DNA of 64,000 nt from contig CM039007.1 in assembly GCA_017499595.2 (NCBI GenBank), positions 682,001 through 746,000 on the forward strand, read 5' to 3'. This document shows, piece by piece, positions 36,938 to 51,441 of the stretch (position 1 is its first letter; every line of letters starts with the position of its first letter). Origin of the DNA: Psilocybe cubensis (taxonomy: Eukaryota). The notes below the pieces were generated by a model. That model was given only the letters and a program-made list of their open reading frames with translations, made no database searches and was not told the origin of the DNA. The position numbers and the translations under genes were made by a program.

Positions 36938-38285
36938 TATGGCTGCCCAAGTGGGGAAATATTCCCCGTAAACTTATTTAGGTATTTTTCTTACTGCGTG
37001 AATTTGTAAAAAATATGTTAGAGCACGGAAACATTTTTTGAGTGCGCAGATTGTTTTCTAGCTTAGCCGTAAATATATTTGATTGCGCGGAAACATATTT
37101 TGGACATATTTTGCTAGCGCACGTAAATTTTTACTGCCCTCAATTATATTTAATGCATAAATCCTATGCGCATAGAAACATTTTGAGCCCCAAACAAATC
37201 TTTCGATGCGCGGAAAACATTGTTCAGTTGCACTATTTCTAGCCTAAAGTGACCAGCCGTTATGCCGAGATTATGTAAAATGATCTAACATGGCACCTCG
37301 GCACACCAAAACAAGTTCAAGCTCCGACAATTGTATACACAATGCATGGTTATTCTATCTAGTACTGCCTTATAGGACAAAATAACAATTTCTGCAGTGC
37401 TTTACATGTAGCATTAGCAAACCCCCAGTGGTTCTGGGGTCTCCCCATTAGTGGTGCAGCTAGTACGCCATTTCAGACATCTCTAGCATTGTGTGAAATA
37501 ACCTCATCTATCGTGGGAAAGACATCAATCAGTGCATTCTTGAGCGCATTTGTGCATTTGGAGAGTCGGGAATAGGAGAATAAGATTGAAAAGCATGGTA
37601 AGATATGTATTACATAGGTATCTACAAGAATATGTCAAAATATTACCCGCAACTACTGTGTACGAAGTAAAGTATTAGCAGTGGCCATCACAATTGCGCA
37701 TTAGTGGCTGTGCAAGAAAGCGACACTTCACGTTCAAGCAACGTTCACGGCGATTTCAAGACGATTATCCCACATTACTTGATTAAAACAACATTAATAT
37801 ATTTCAAAAGAGCATAGATTAGATATACTAAGAAATTTGTAATTAAATGAATGTGGGTTAGCCTTGCAATACACAATCCTCAATATCACTGTCAGGTGGA
37901 GCTTGAACTCGTTTAGGTGTGCCGAAGTGCCATTTTAGATCATTTTACATAATCTCGGCATAACGGCTGGTCACTTTGGGCTAGAAATAGTACAACTGAA
38001 CAATGTTTTCCGTGCATCGAAAAATTTGTTTGCGGCACAAAATGTATCTACGCGCACAGGGTTTATGCATTGAATATAATTGAGGGCAGTAGAAATTTAT
38101 GTGCGCTGGAAAAATATGCCCAAAATATGTTTCCGCGCAGTCAAATATTTTTATGGCTAACCTAAAAAACAATCTGCGCACTCAAAAAATGTTTCCGCGC
38201 TCCAACATAGTTTTTATAGATTCACGCAATAAGAAAAAAACCTAAACAAGTTTACGGGGAATATTTCCCCACTTGGGCAGCCATA
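36938..38285. mobile_element. Non-autonomous IS3EU-like DNA transposon (1348 bp)
   Basis: 388-bp imperfect TIRs (36938-37325 and 37898-38285), termini TATGG...CCATA, 6-bp TSD CTTGCA (36932-36937 and 38286-38291), no internal transposase ORF. Superfamily assigned from recalled IS3EU end and TSD rules. Confidence 0.85.
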
Positions 38286-38900
38286 CTTGCATGCAAGCGT
38301 GGCAAGCGTGGCTAGCTGTCTATTGTATTTTTATCTGTCTTAATTTTACTATTTACCCATGATGGTTAACAGCTTCATTATGAGAAGCTTCTTGGCTTCT
38401 TTGTTGTACGAGATACCCGTTGATCATTGCTTCTGCATAAAACTCTTAACATGAATAGTATGTTTAGGTACAGATGAAGCGTGTATTATGCATTTCGCTC
38501 TTGTTTTGGTACGCTTCCGAACCATTTCACCTCGATTTGCTTAATTCTTATCACTATTAAGCTTTCTGCGAACTAGTTGCTTCCTCACATCTGAAGTCAC
38601 CTGGCGGCACAAAACCTTATGCTATCAAATCGCAGGCACGATCACTGAGGTAACGACTCGGTTTGCACATGCAAGAGTATTCTCCTAAATCTTCTGACAC
38701 ATACTTCTGGCCACCTGATGCACACCGTGGCATACAATGTGTACAAAACGTTCTGCCGCCAATTTCTCTGCGAAGGTATAAATTGTCGATGCACTTCACT
38801 TTAATGGAATATTCTGCTGTATTAAGATTCCCTGCAGCATAGGTAAAGTACAAGACATGTATGATCATAAATGACGGAATCTCATGAGCATATAAAGATA

Positions 38901-39631
38901 ATGATGTTTTTCAGATCCCTCGCGCTCTGCTTTTTGGTGTCAGCCTTAACTTGCATCATCGCTGCCCCCGCCACCTCGGAAGATGCCAAACTTCCTCCAA
39001 CCGACTCGGAATATCCAGAGGTCATTCCTGGTCCTGGATTACCCTCGTTAGAATCCCTCGGGTTGACCTCCGCCGATCTATACCGCAATCGCACCATGAG
39101 TACCTGACATGTCATTTTATTGAGTGTAAATGGAGAGACTAATGAATGAACTGCGTTTCTTAGATGCACTTTCAAGTCGCAATGAGGATGATTATATCAT
39201 TTACTGCTTAACAGGAGGTGCGACCACCTCGGTGAGCACTGCGCAAGTGTGCATCAATTACTTGTCTAGCCTCGGCACCGGAGACTGCATGGTCCCAGCA
39301 AATCCCGATGTAATCACTTTTTGCTCATCAGGGCAGTCAGTAATCTGTGGTACAAACGTGTGGGGCAACGGACAAGCTGTACACTCCTGGTGGTTTGTAG
39401 AAAATGTTTTTTTTACCTTCTTATTCTACTAATATGAAATCCTTTTCAGCTCAGACGTAGCTGTAACTGCTCAGTCAATCGTCGATTTGTGCCAGACAAA
39501 TGGGCAGGTCGACGGTACGCTTTATATGGGCCTCGTCGTGGAATCTGATCACTTACTATTTTCTAGGCTACGGTCAAGCAGCCGAGAATTCGAACATGCT
39601 GGTTAGTGTTGAATCAGTAATTACCTGTTAA
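38901..39631 (+). CDS. Small secreted cysteine-rich protein (4 exons)
   Basis: Signal peptide MMFFRSLALCFLVSALTCIIAAP; YPEVIPGPGLPSLESLGLTSADLY; Cys-rich mature region (CINYLSSLG, CMVP, FCSSG). Confidence 0.8.
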
Positions 39632-40301
39632 CCCGAGACATGTGAGGTGTATATTTGTAGACACATTTGAGAGATACCGAGCAGTTATTTACACTATCAT
39701 GAAAGAGAAAAGTAGTGTGCCAGAGGTTGTAGCTTCCACTATAAGAATCAGCGCGACAGCGCAATCAACCGACATCTGACATGGCCGGGGAACGTCAAGT
39801 TTTCTTTAGTTGAGGGGATCTTATGGTAGGAGGTGACGCACAGGAGTTGATATACAGAGAAGTCGGGCACCTATTCAGGCTCCGTATCCTTTTAACAGCA
39901 AGATCTTGAACATGAGGAACATGCAGCCTTGGAACGCAAACAAGCAAGGTTAGGCCTAACAGAGTTTCAATGGATTGTTGATTGGGATTAACCTTGCATT
40001 CTATCTAAAGTGAGCATACAGATAAAGAAAATGACAATATACATAGATAAATATGAATATGTTAGATAGCAAGGAACAAGTAAATATTCAAAGTTTCCGA
40101 CTAAAATCTGGTGAGTAGTTTAGATGGGTGATTGAATGAAAAGATACGGTGGATTCAGGTCAGCAGGTCGAGACGTATGGCGTCGAAGGCGTTGGGCGCA
40201 TGAACGGTCCCAAAGCGGTAATGCGGACTCTCAAATGACTTTGCCCCTAGGTTTAGGGTTACGTTGCACTTGCCATCAACCACGACTACAAGCTCTATCC
40301 A

Positions 40302-40826
40302 ATGTCGTTGACACCCAACCCAGCGACAGAGTTCTCATCTTCGACCATAGAAAACTTCAGTGCGCAAGCATCTGAGTTCACAGCGCCCATCCTCCGTGTG
40401 ATACCATACATCACATTCGCTTCCTCCGTCGTTCGAACCACGTTCGCCTTCATATGGTCTCTATTTCACCCACTCCTACGTCTCTCGCCATTACCAATAA
40501 TTCTCTATGTTCTGGGTCCGGCGATTGTCTTTGTGGATATCTTTACGACTGTATTCATACGCGCGCCGTACACCATCATTGTATACCTCATGGAGGCCCT
40601 GTACCCGCTGTATGTTTTCTGCGGCGTCGCATGCATTACTGGCGTAATTTTAGGCCTTTCTGCGCGTATTATATCTCGCTTGATAGTTGCCGCAATGTCG
40701 GCGGAGGAAGAGCCGCCACACATGGACGAGAATGAAGATGAACCAAGGCTGGATTCAGATCTTAAAGGAAAGGGCAGGCAGCGGGAACCGGAGAGAGTCA
40801 GAGTCAAGGTCAAGGTAGAATCGTGA
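40302..40826 (+). CDS. Single-exon small membrane protein of unknown function
   Basis: 174-aa ORF with hydrophobic segments (ALYPLYVFCGVACITGVILG) and a charged C-terminus. Confidence 0.75.
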   Translation: MSLTPNPATEFSSSTIENFSAQASEFTAPILRVIPYITFASSVVRTTFAFIWSLFHPLLRLSPLPIILYVLGPAIVFVDIFTTVFIRAPYTIIVYLMEALYPLYVFCGVACITGVILGLSARIISRLIVAAMSAEEEPPHMDENEDEPRLDSDLKGKGRQREPERVRVKVKVES

Positions 40827-43248
40827 GCGTGACGTAAAGTACTCGCCTTATTCCCTTCACCGACTTCCTTAATGAAATTGTCGAGGGCCAATGGTAGGTA
40901 ACAATAAACTATGTTCCAATTTATTGCTTACATTTTTGCAATTTGCAGCGAATCAGCTATCTCTTCTGTTCGTATTGCCTGTCAAATGCCTCCAGGCATC
41001 CATACTTTATCGACACTCCTTTGTGGACTCGTCGCCACCATGAAGCATTACAAGCCTACATTCCTAATCCTCGAGAGCTACTTCGTGCAACGTGTCAACC
41101 ACACGCCCATGGACAGATGATGCGGATCAAGCTCTTAATCCCATGATATCAACCGGGCCACGTAACCTCAAGGACGCTTAGGATCGACCAACATCCATAA
41201 CACCGGTTAAGGACATCGCGGGATTGGGAGGCATCGTCGCTGTTGACGAAGCGTCGAAATTTTGCGAGAGCTTTACCCTATGACAATACCCGGCTATTCT
41301 AAATTCTGGAGGGTTCGGAGTTCATGGCGGTAACGATCACACAACTGGCCTCATTATAAAGCTGCTCGTTGAACCGACTAGCCTCCGACCTGCAATTGCA
41401 GGCGTACATTGCTACTATCCCCGTGGCCCAATAGCGAATGTGCTGGAAGGTTGATGAAATCTTTGCGCAGTGCGCATACATCCAGAAAATTGTCGACGTT
41501 GACGCCAATGCTCAGCATGTTCTGTAGTGTCAACGATGATTATGGTTTCACCAACCCAGCCATTAAGCCCCTAACTTCCGCTGAACCTCATATTCAACGT
41601 TATCACCAATATGGCATATACGGCTGTCGATATTCACTCCGTCATAAAGTCTAGGCCATCCATTGCGCTCGGAAATCGTCTTGGCGCATACATGCACAGA
41701 ATCATTTGGGTCTTCTCTTGCCAAGGAGCAGTTCAAGTTTGGGAGGAAGATAATGAATAATGCCACCTGTTCCACGTACTTCGCTAGTCCGGTTCGAGTT
41801 GCGTGGATATCTCAAGCCATTCACTTCTCAAAATAAAGTCTCTGTACCATAATGTCGATTCTATAGTCTAACGACAAATAATGTTACAACAAACGTGGAG
41901 GATTATAATTTTGGAAATGCATATATTTTATGGTACAGAGAAGATACGACGCAGGGGTCAGATATCTCGGCGGAATCATCATAGCATCATGATAAGTTAT
42001 AACGGTAGGCCCGAGTTGGAAAAAATGAAAAAATCAACGACAATCCAGGGAATGTAGAACCCACAACACAGAAATTCTCAAAGCGAATTCGAAAACAACG
42101 AGAAAAAATATGTACAGTGTAAAACAGAACAATCAATGTCGAAAATATGTAGACAGTAGAATAAGTCTAACTTGAAAGTCCAACATGAATGGGGGTATAG
42201 TAACGATGTTCATCAATGACGAGAAGCATGTCGGTTGACTGGAGGTCAGGCCCTGGTGGCTTCTAATGAAGAGGTATCGCTCGGCATTACCATCCATCGC
42301 CATCCATCACAGATCCAGCCGGATCAGATAAGAAAGAAAACGGACAGAAACAGAAACAGAACACGAAAAACCCAACAAGCGACGACACAGCGGGGAAAAA
42401 AAGAGGTATATGACATGGATACAAGAAACAAACAAACAGACAAAACAAATAATAAAAAAAGATGCAAGTAAAGAGAGAAGGTAAAAATGTTGCATAATAG
42501 GGATATACATACAGGGGTGGGTCGAGGAAAGCGAGTAGGAAAAGGTAGGGTAGGAATAAAGGGTATGAGGTAAGAGTTTGGTGAGAAGTGGAGGTTAAGG
42601 GCGAAGATGGGGAAAGATATAGAGTCCACTAGTTCAACACGAAAACACAGTCAGCATAAGAGAAAATAAAAACCACGATTCTCCTCGAAACGTGATTTTC
42701 TTTTCCGTCAATTGTTCATACCACGCCCTTCCTTCCTTCCTTCTTCCTTTTACAACACCGCCGCATCTCGCCCCAACCAACCCCATTCAACGCCCTAACT
42801 GTCCTAAACCAAACTCAACCCAAATCCGAGCTTAATACATGGAAAAACCTAACGCATAACTTGTAAGAGAGAGTGTCCTAAACAATCGAGTAACATTTTT
42901 TGTCTTGTTTTTTTGGTGTCTGTTGTACGGTTTCTTCATCTTCATAATTAGACAGAGACGATAATTTGAATAGTGGTGTATCAGATACGCGAGAGATAGC
43001 TGAGAGGGATCCATTGGACTGCGAAACTTGACCCCGACTGGCCATTGAGGTTGAATAACGATGAATGATGAGATAATCGAAAGTCGAATATCGCAGTCGA
43101 TGGATGGTCCCGAAGATATAGATAATGCCCGTACACAGTATATTGCACAGGCCCAAACAGAAACAGAATTTAGGAGTAGGAGAACCGGAAAACCATGGAA
43201 GTTTTGACAGACGTGTGGCAGACAAAAGAAAGGCAGGGATGCAAGGCT

Positions 43249-44963
43249 TTAGAACCTGGATGTGGCGATGACGCGATAGAGATTGTTGGCTTCCTCGAAG
43301 CGGGCATTGCGCAGGCTAAAGTGTGCCATCTCAGTCGAGTCTGCGTCCGCAGTCGGATCGACAATGTTGAACTTGATGAGCGAGTTGTAGAACCGGCACA
43401 ACTGAGACACAACAGGATTAGCATCATTATATTACGCGCCAACGACGTAAGAGACGGAAAAACTCACGTTCTGGACTCCTTTAGCAAATCGATCATCACT
43501 GATATTGCCCTCTCGTTCCTCACGCTCTGCGTGGTCCAGCCAGTTGATGCACTCGTGTACAAAGCGGGCCAAGACCTCAATCAACACGAGGTCAGCAACC
43601 GTGGAGTATCCCTGCACCGTGACCCTCGTTTGGTCGCGCAAAAGGCGGCCAAAGAGGTCGAAAGTTGCGAGTGTGGGAGGTAAGAACGGAATGACGTCCA
43701 AGAACGGCAGAGGATTGTTCTTCTCCGGGTTGGGGTTCGTGAGCAGGGCAACGAGGAGCGGGTGCGCAATGGTAGGATTATGTGCGATGATGGGGGCCAG
43801 ATCGATGGAGGTGATGATATTAGTGTTGGCAAGGTCGGGGATGATCGGTACCAGCATCTGAATGAGAATAAGGGTCAATCATCAGACTTCATTTGAAAGA
43901 CAAATGTACGTACTCGTTGCTCAGACAGACTGAGAACGCGATCGCGAGCTGCCAGCAAAAGTTTCATAGCATGGATGAGCCTTTCATTCTTTCTGTCCTC
44001 ATCAAAGTTGACGGGCGAGCGAGATGGGGTGTCCGAGATTGCACGAGGAACAGGCGATCTCGAGTCGTGAATGTAGGTGTGCGTATGCGTAGAGTTGGTC
44101 GTGGATTCGTCAGTATCGGAGGAGGCCGATAGCCTGCGTTTGTTTACAAAATAATGATAAGTAGAATCGTCTCTGGGAAAAGAAATGAGATTAATCAGCA
44201 TCTGAACCATCGAGCCGACCAACAGAGACGTACATGTCAGAAATACTATTATACAATTCTTCATCAAGGACCAGATTAATCGCTCTTAGTTTAGGTGGAA
44301 GTGGGCAGCGTGACAGCGTGCTCGGGGAATATGGGCCAATCTGGGCGGATTGGGTACGATTAGACAGAGCGTGGCGGGCAGAAGCAATGGTGACACTCAC
44401 ATCATTACCATCACCTTTCAGGATTTTCCACAAGACCCAAACAAACTGCTCATTGGGGCTAACTCCACCCTCATTTGCAATGCTGACGGCCTTTTCACGC
44501 TCCCTCACGTAAGCCACGAGGAGAGCCGATTTGAAGGGGTTGATGGTGACGGGATGGGGCGTATACAGCGAATACAGAATAAAAGAGACCAGAATCCGTT
44601 GAGCTAGCTGTAGAACGTGCACATCGATGGTGAGCCCCTGTTGCTGGCAGAAAAATGGAGCGAGAGAGATGACAATCAGATACTGACCTCAGCAGACGTG
44701 TTGGAATCAAGAATTGGCAACAACGCGTCAAGAGCCAGCTGAAATCGCGAGGTTGGCTGAACGAGCTGAGTAAAAGCCAACGCAGCTGTCGAGCAGGGGA
44801 GAGAAAACGCCCTTGCAAGCAGGTGGTTGACAGATGCTCTTATGGAATCGCCAGAAGTGAGCGTTTGGAGCTGGGTGGTCGTCGTTGTGGTCGCCGCCAC
44901 CGCCGCCGCCGGAGCTTTCTTCAAGCTGGTCGAGGTCCCTGGTGGCGAAGAATGGGACTGCAT
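43249..44963 (-). CDS. NOT11: CCR4-NOT complex subunit 11-like (CNOT11/DUF2363), multi-exon
   Basis: C-terminal LAPIIAHNPTIAHPLL...TLATFDLFGRLL...FVHECINW...GVQN|LCRFYNSLIKFNIV...HFSLRNARFEEANNLYRVI matches the CNOT11 C-terminal pattern. Confidence 0.75.
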
Positions 44964-45373
44964 TCCTAGGCCAGGAAGTACCGTAAAACAAGAGGCGGAC
45001 GGGCCAAGTTGCGTTCACCCAACAAACCACAAGAAACACCCCAGAACAAGATAAATACTCCATTACCTAAGCACTCATCATGTGATCTTACACCCGATTG
45101 GCCCGCCTTGGCATGGGAATCACCTATCTTCCTGATCTTCCACTCGTTTCTCAGGTGTTCCGACAGCTAATTTCTACAACAGCTTTCTTCGTAACAATCT
45201 CCTACTTATCAATAGAGACATCATGCGACAATCTTTCATCAACTACCTATCTACGACAATTTTGGTGATGAACAGATTGATTTAGAAGATCTGTCATTGC
45301 CGGTACATTTTAAGTTCAGCGTCAGCGTAGCTAACGCCAAAGGTTTCAGGCACTTACAGAAGCATCCGAAAAC

Positions 45374-47051
<1,678 letters not shown>

Positions 47052-47522
47052 GATGGGTATAGATCAAAGACAGTCGTATTTTTCAGCGTCGGCGCGAGTA
47101 CACCCCCGTACAAGGGCCGAGGAAAGTGTCTTGCTCTTCAGATGGAATCACAATTCAGGGCTACTGTGTGTCGACTGGATGGTGGTGGATATCTGAAGAG
47201 CGAGACAGGTGCCCGTGGGAAAGCCGTTTGAGCGGTGAGGAGGCATTATACTATAAGCGCCCGTGGTTCTTATCGATTGATCCGAGGGATGGTCAGGTGA
47301 GTTGACCATGTTGCACACATTGTTGTGATTTTAATAGCCGCCTCGAGGGTAAATATCATCATGACAGTGATGCTTCGAAATATCGATGGGTATTATTTAC
47401 CCTTTGGCCAGTCGCTTGAAGATGATCGATGGATAAATTGATGGATGTCCTTTGCACGGTCATACATTACATGTGGCAGTCATACGTGTGTAACTACTGC
47501 TAATACAAATTTTAGCTTTTAC

Positions 47523-48896
47523 TTACTGCGGACACCCGCACGTTTTCCACTTCAACGCACAAATATAACAGAACTGAGTTCCGCATCGGCACGTAATATG
47601 ATTACAGCCTTGATTTTTCTCAACGAGGCGGTTGCATCCCAGGCAGGTCTGCCAGCCCGACTTGACCGCAAGAACCTTGAGTTCGATATTCGCAGCATTG
47701 ACAGCACAGCTCTCCTCGTCAGTGTGGGCTGCCTTCTTACACCTCGGGCACGTGCGCAACGTGCATGTCGGGCATACAACGTGGCTGACCTTGTTGTAGT
47801 CGGCGGACGAGCCGAGGAAGGTAGAGCAGCTCGCGCTAACGCAGTAGATTCTCTCCTGAATTGGGACGCTGAACTCGCTTTCCTTTTGCCTGTAGAGCTT
47901 GATCAACTCGTTTGATAGGAATGGGATGACGTCGGTGAAGGGGATTGGCTTCATGCCGCAGCATTTCAAGGGGAACATGCTCTCGTCTCGAGTTGTGTAT
48001 TCCACCAGGGATGATATGCAGCTTTCACAGTAATAGTGATCGCATGGTGTCTTGACCGCGTTGATATATCTCACTTTCTCGGTGCAAACGAGACAAGCGA
48101 CTCTATCAACCGTGAAAATACCAATCAGTTGTAAAATGTCGTAGCTATATGCGCGTTACTTACGTCCTATTTCGATTGACACTTGGGCCAGCAGTAGCGT
48201 TTGGCGATGGCGCTGCCTTTGGTCGCCCCTCCGTCACTCTAGCCTTACTTTCAGCCATCTTCCATTTGACGTATTTTTCCAGCTGCATTCTGTCAAATTC
48301 TCCAATGTAACTTTCTGTATCGGAGATATCATCATCGTAATCATTGACAGGAACTTCGTATGCTGGCTGAGGCATGGAATTCCTGAAATATGTACTACCA
48401 AATAGATTAACGCGTCTGAAAATTTAACGATGGAACTGATATACCTCTGGGATTCCGGATGCATAACAAAACCCCTGCTCTCGACACGAGCCTGCGCAGC
48501 AGTCGGCTTCGGAAGCCTCTCACCGCGACTAAGCAACTGCGCAGCCCTCCTATCCGCATTAGCCGCCTCCTCAGCAACCATAACCGCCTCCAAATACACC
48601 GCATCAGCGCACACAGCCGCATCAAGACTCCTCGCAAGCTTCGCATCCTCAGATTCAGCCAGAAGCCGCTGGAAGCTCTCGAGCTGGAGCTGATACGCCA
48701 CCTCCTCGTCCGTCAAGCCTGCGCCGAAGCGCGATTTTCCTTTGCGGGATGAATAGGCCTGTTCGATGTCTTGTAGCGCGAGCTGCGCGATGAGTGCGGA
48801 TGTCTCGTAGTCCATCTCATAGTCGTCGATCGCGCGGTAGGAAGGACCCGGATCGTGTGCTATCGATGGTCTGGATCGAGTGTGTATGGCAGACAT
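47523..48896 (-). CDS. RBR E3 ubiquitin ligase, paralog 2
   Basis: Shared N-terminus (ETSALIAQLAL...RKGK...TDEE); PCDHYYCESC, FPLKCC, RIYC, GCNHITCRC..FCYIC. Confidence 0.9.
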
Positions 48897-49361
48897 GATT
48901 GCGATTCAATGTGGTGGTATAGACTGGACGTTGGCCGACTCTTCAGGTATATCGGGGCCAAAGGGAAGGTTGATGGTGGGGGTTACCTGAAGAGAGGTGA
49001 CGGAAGTCCGTGGGGAAAAGTCCGTGCTGCAGGAAAGCTTTATAGAAGCATTAAGCGCCCAGAACGTGATGAATGGCTTCTTTATCGATCGTGAGTAAAG
49101 TCAACACGCGTCAACCACATGACCTTCTCGCAATTCTGCCGTTCACACAACTTCCTAAGCCCAAAAATGAAAGTCAATATAGCTCAATCATGGAGCAAGA
49201 CCGATGCAGATAATGAGAGAACCAACATGTCAAAATTAGACAGTTGGCGTGATATGCTGTTCTAATCCAACCTTGCCACTGGCAGAGACAGTGTCGAAAC
49301 ATGATATTTATTGGATTCATTGACAATCGTTACTTCTGCATTCCTCAGCGTAGGTCTGTAT

Positions 49362-50494
49362 TTAACTACTTTCAATATCTGTAACCATAGACAGCCTACT
49401 TGCCCGACGTTCAGTGAGACTCATACTCGGAGATCGTCGAGCACGCTTCTTGCCCCCCCAAGCGCCACTAGCCCTGGCAACCCTCCTCCTGATATGGTCC
49501 ACAAGGAGGCCAACCTTTGGAGAAACCAACAGATGTCCCTGTTCCTTGCAAAGGGTACAAGTCCATTTTTTGCAATTTGTACATACCTCTGAGCTTTTAT
49601 GCGGCGAAAGTTTCACCGCGCAGCCGAGAAAAGTGTGGCAAAAGTAGCAGTAGAGTCGGTCTTTCTCCAAGACCTGGGTTTCCTCTTGTTTATCGATTGT
49701 GCAATTTATGAGTGAGATTCCACACCCGTCGCAGATGAAAGGAAACGCTGGTTTGAGGTCGACTATATTGTGTTTGTATTTGCATTTACGGCTAGTGGAG
49801 GGTAAGAATTTAAATATGTGAAAAATGAAACGTATTTTGAAAAGATTAACCTTGGAGAATCGTCCTCTTGTTTTGGTAAAGGATTTAGAGCCTTATCTAC
49901 AGTGTGATTGACATCCACCGCTTTTGAATTTGAACACTCTGCTCCATGTTTTGTATCTGGTGCTAAAGAATCGTCTACCGGAACACTGTAACACCTTAGC
50001 ACAGCATAAAAATGAAGTAAAGCAAGGACATACCTGGGTATAACAGGCTCCATCCTAAAATCCGGGTCTGCAACGCGGGATTGAGCTTCAGTTCTCGCAG
50101 GAAGCCGTTCACCCTGAGCAAGCATCTCCGCCGCCCGTCTATCCGCACACGCAGCCTGCTCAACGACGCTAAACGCATCCAAGCACGCCGCATCAGCGGC
50201 CACAGCAGCATCTATACTTCGCGCGAGGACCGCGTCCTCCGAGAATACCACCGCTTGCTGGAAGATCTCCAGCTGCATTTGACAGGCGAGCTCAGCGTCG
50301 GTGAGGGGGGCGTTTTCGCGGGCTTTGCCTTTGCGCGTGCTTAGTACTTGTTCGATGTCCTCTTGAGCGAGTTGGGCGATGAGTATGGCGGTTTCAATGT
50401 CGAGGTCTTGGGTGTGGGTGTATTGCATTGCGGGGGGCTCGTCATTCCCCAGCATAGGCAATGAAGAAATGGGTTTGGAACAAAGTAACGCCAT
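49362..50494 (-). pseudogene. RBR E3 ligase paralog 3, truncated (IBR-like remnant only; no intact RING1 or RING2)
   Basis: Paralogous N-terminus (ETAILIAQLAQED...RKGKARENAPLTDAE); DRLYCYFCHTFLG...CTNCKKWTCTLCKEQGH; no GCxHxTC motif seen. Confidence 0.65.
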
Positions 50495-51441
50495 TATTAT
50501 TTTAAAGTAGGTGGTTTGTGGAAGAACTAAAACTGGAGATTTGTCTTGTACTTCGGATGAAGCCACAGCGTAAGAGGTAGATGTTGCTGCTGTGGCAAGT
50601 ATCCGAAGGGCGAGACACAATCCTGTGTAGTGTAGGATAGTGTCGAGCGACGATGGTGTTTTTATGTGTCATGCATAAGATTAAGCGCCCATAGATGGAG
50701 TCCAACTTGATCGCCGTCTTATCGATGTGGTCACCAGTTGGCTATTCAAACATGTGTGGGTAAACGGAAGACAGTAAACTGTTCTCGTGAGAGAGATTGT
50801 GGTTGATTAAGGTATGGTTTGGTTTTTGATACAGATTTGGACTAGCAAAAGGTATCTAGCCTTCTGGATGCGGAAAATTTCCCAGGATACTTTGAGTCTG
50901 CTTTGAGTCAAGTCAGGAACCTGCGCCACTACGCCTCCTTGTGACCTTTCTATTAGAACTGACCTAGCAGAGATAGAGGGCAAATAAAGATTACACCCCA
51001 GCTCTATGGATATCTAGAGACTATGTGGCGGATATGTTGTCAAGGGTTGGGCAAGGGCATGAAATAAGACGTGCCTAGAAGCATCTTATACGCAACTAGT
51101 CAGAAAAACTCTCGTTCATTCGAGGGGCTTCTATTTCTGGCGTTACGCTATGCAATAGATGCAGGAAAACAAGAGAACGGAGTCCCATCATCAAACGGAG
51201 ACACGAGAGCAAGCGGAAGGGATAAAACATAACCCTAACCCAACCAACCACCCTCACCTCCCATCATTTACTTATTTAATTATTGTCCAAACCCCCCAAA
51301 ACCAAACAACGCCGTCAATGGACCGTTCATTCCCGACAGCAGCCCGCACCTTTTCCATCGCCACAAAGTACCTACTTAAGTACACTCGTCCCCCCCTTCC
51401 CCTCCCTCCTTTTCCTCTTTCCCCTTCGGACTTTTAGAGCA

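Noticed and set aside
37042-38181. Two similar 66-aa ORFs on opposite strands (37042-37242 and 37981-38181)
   Set aside because: Mirror products of the TIRs with GTG starts; no coding evidence.
40940-41780. Possible decayed gene
   Set aside because: Only short ORFs with stops and no recognisable motif.
42235-43225. Several short ORFs on both strands
   Set aside because: Low-complexity region downstream of NOT11, most likely 3' UTR or intergenic.
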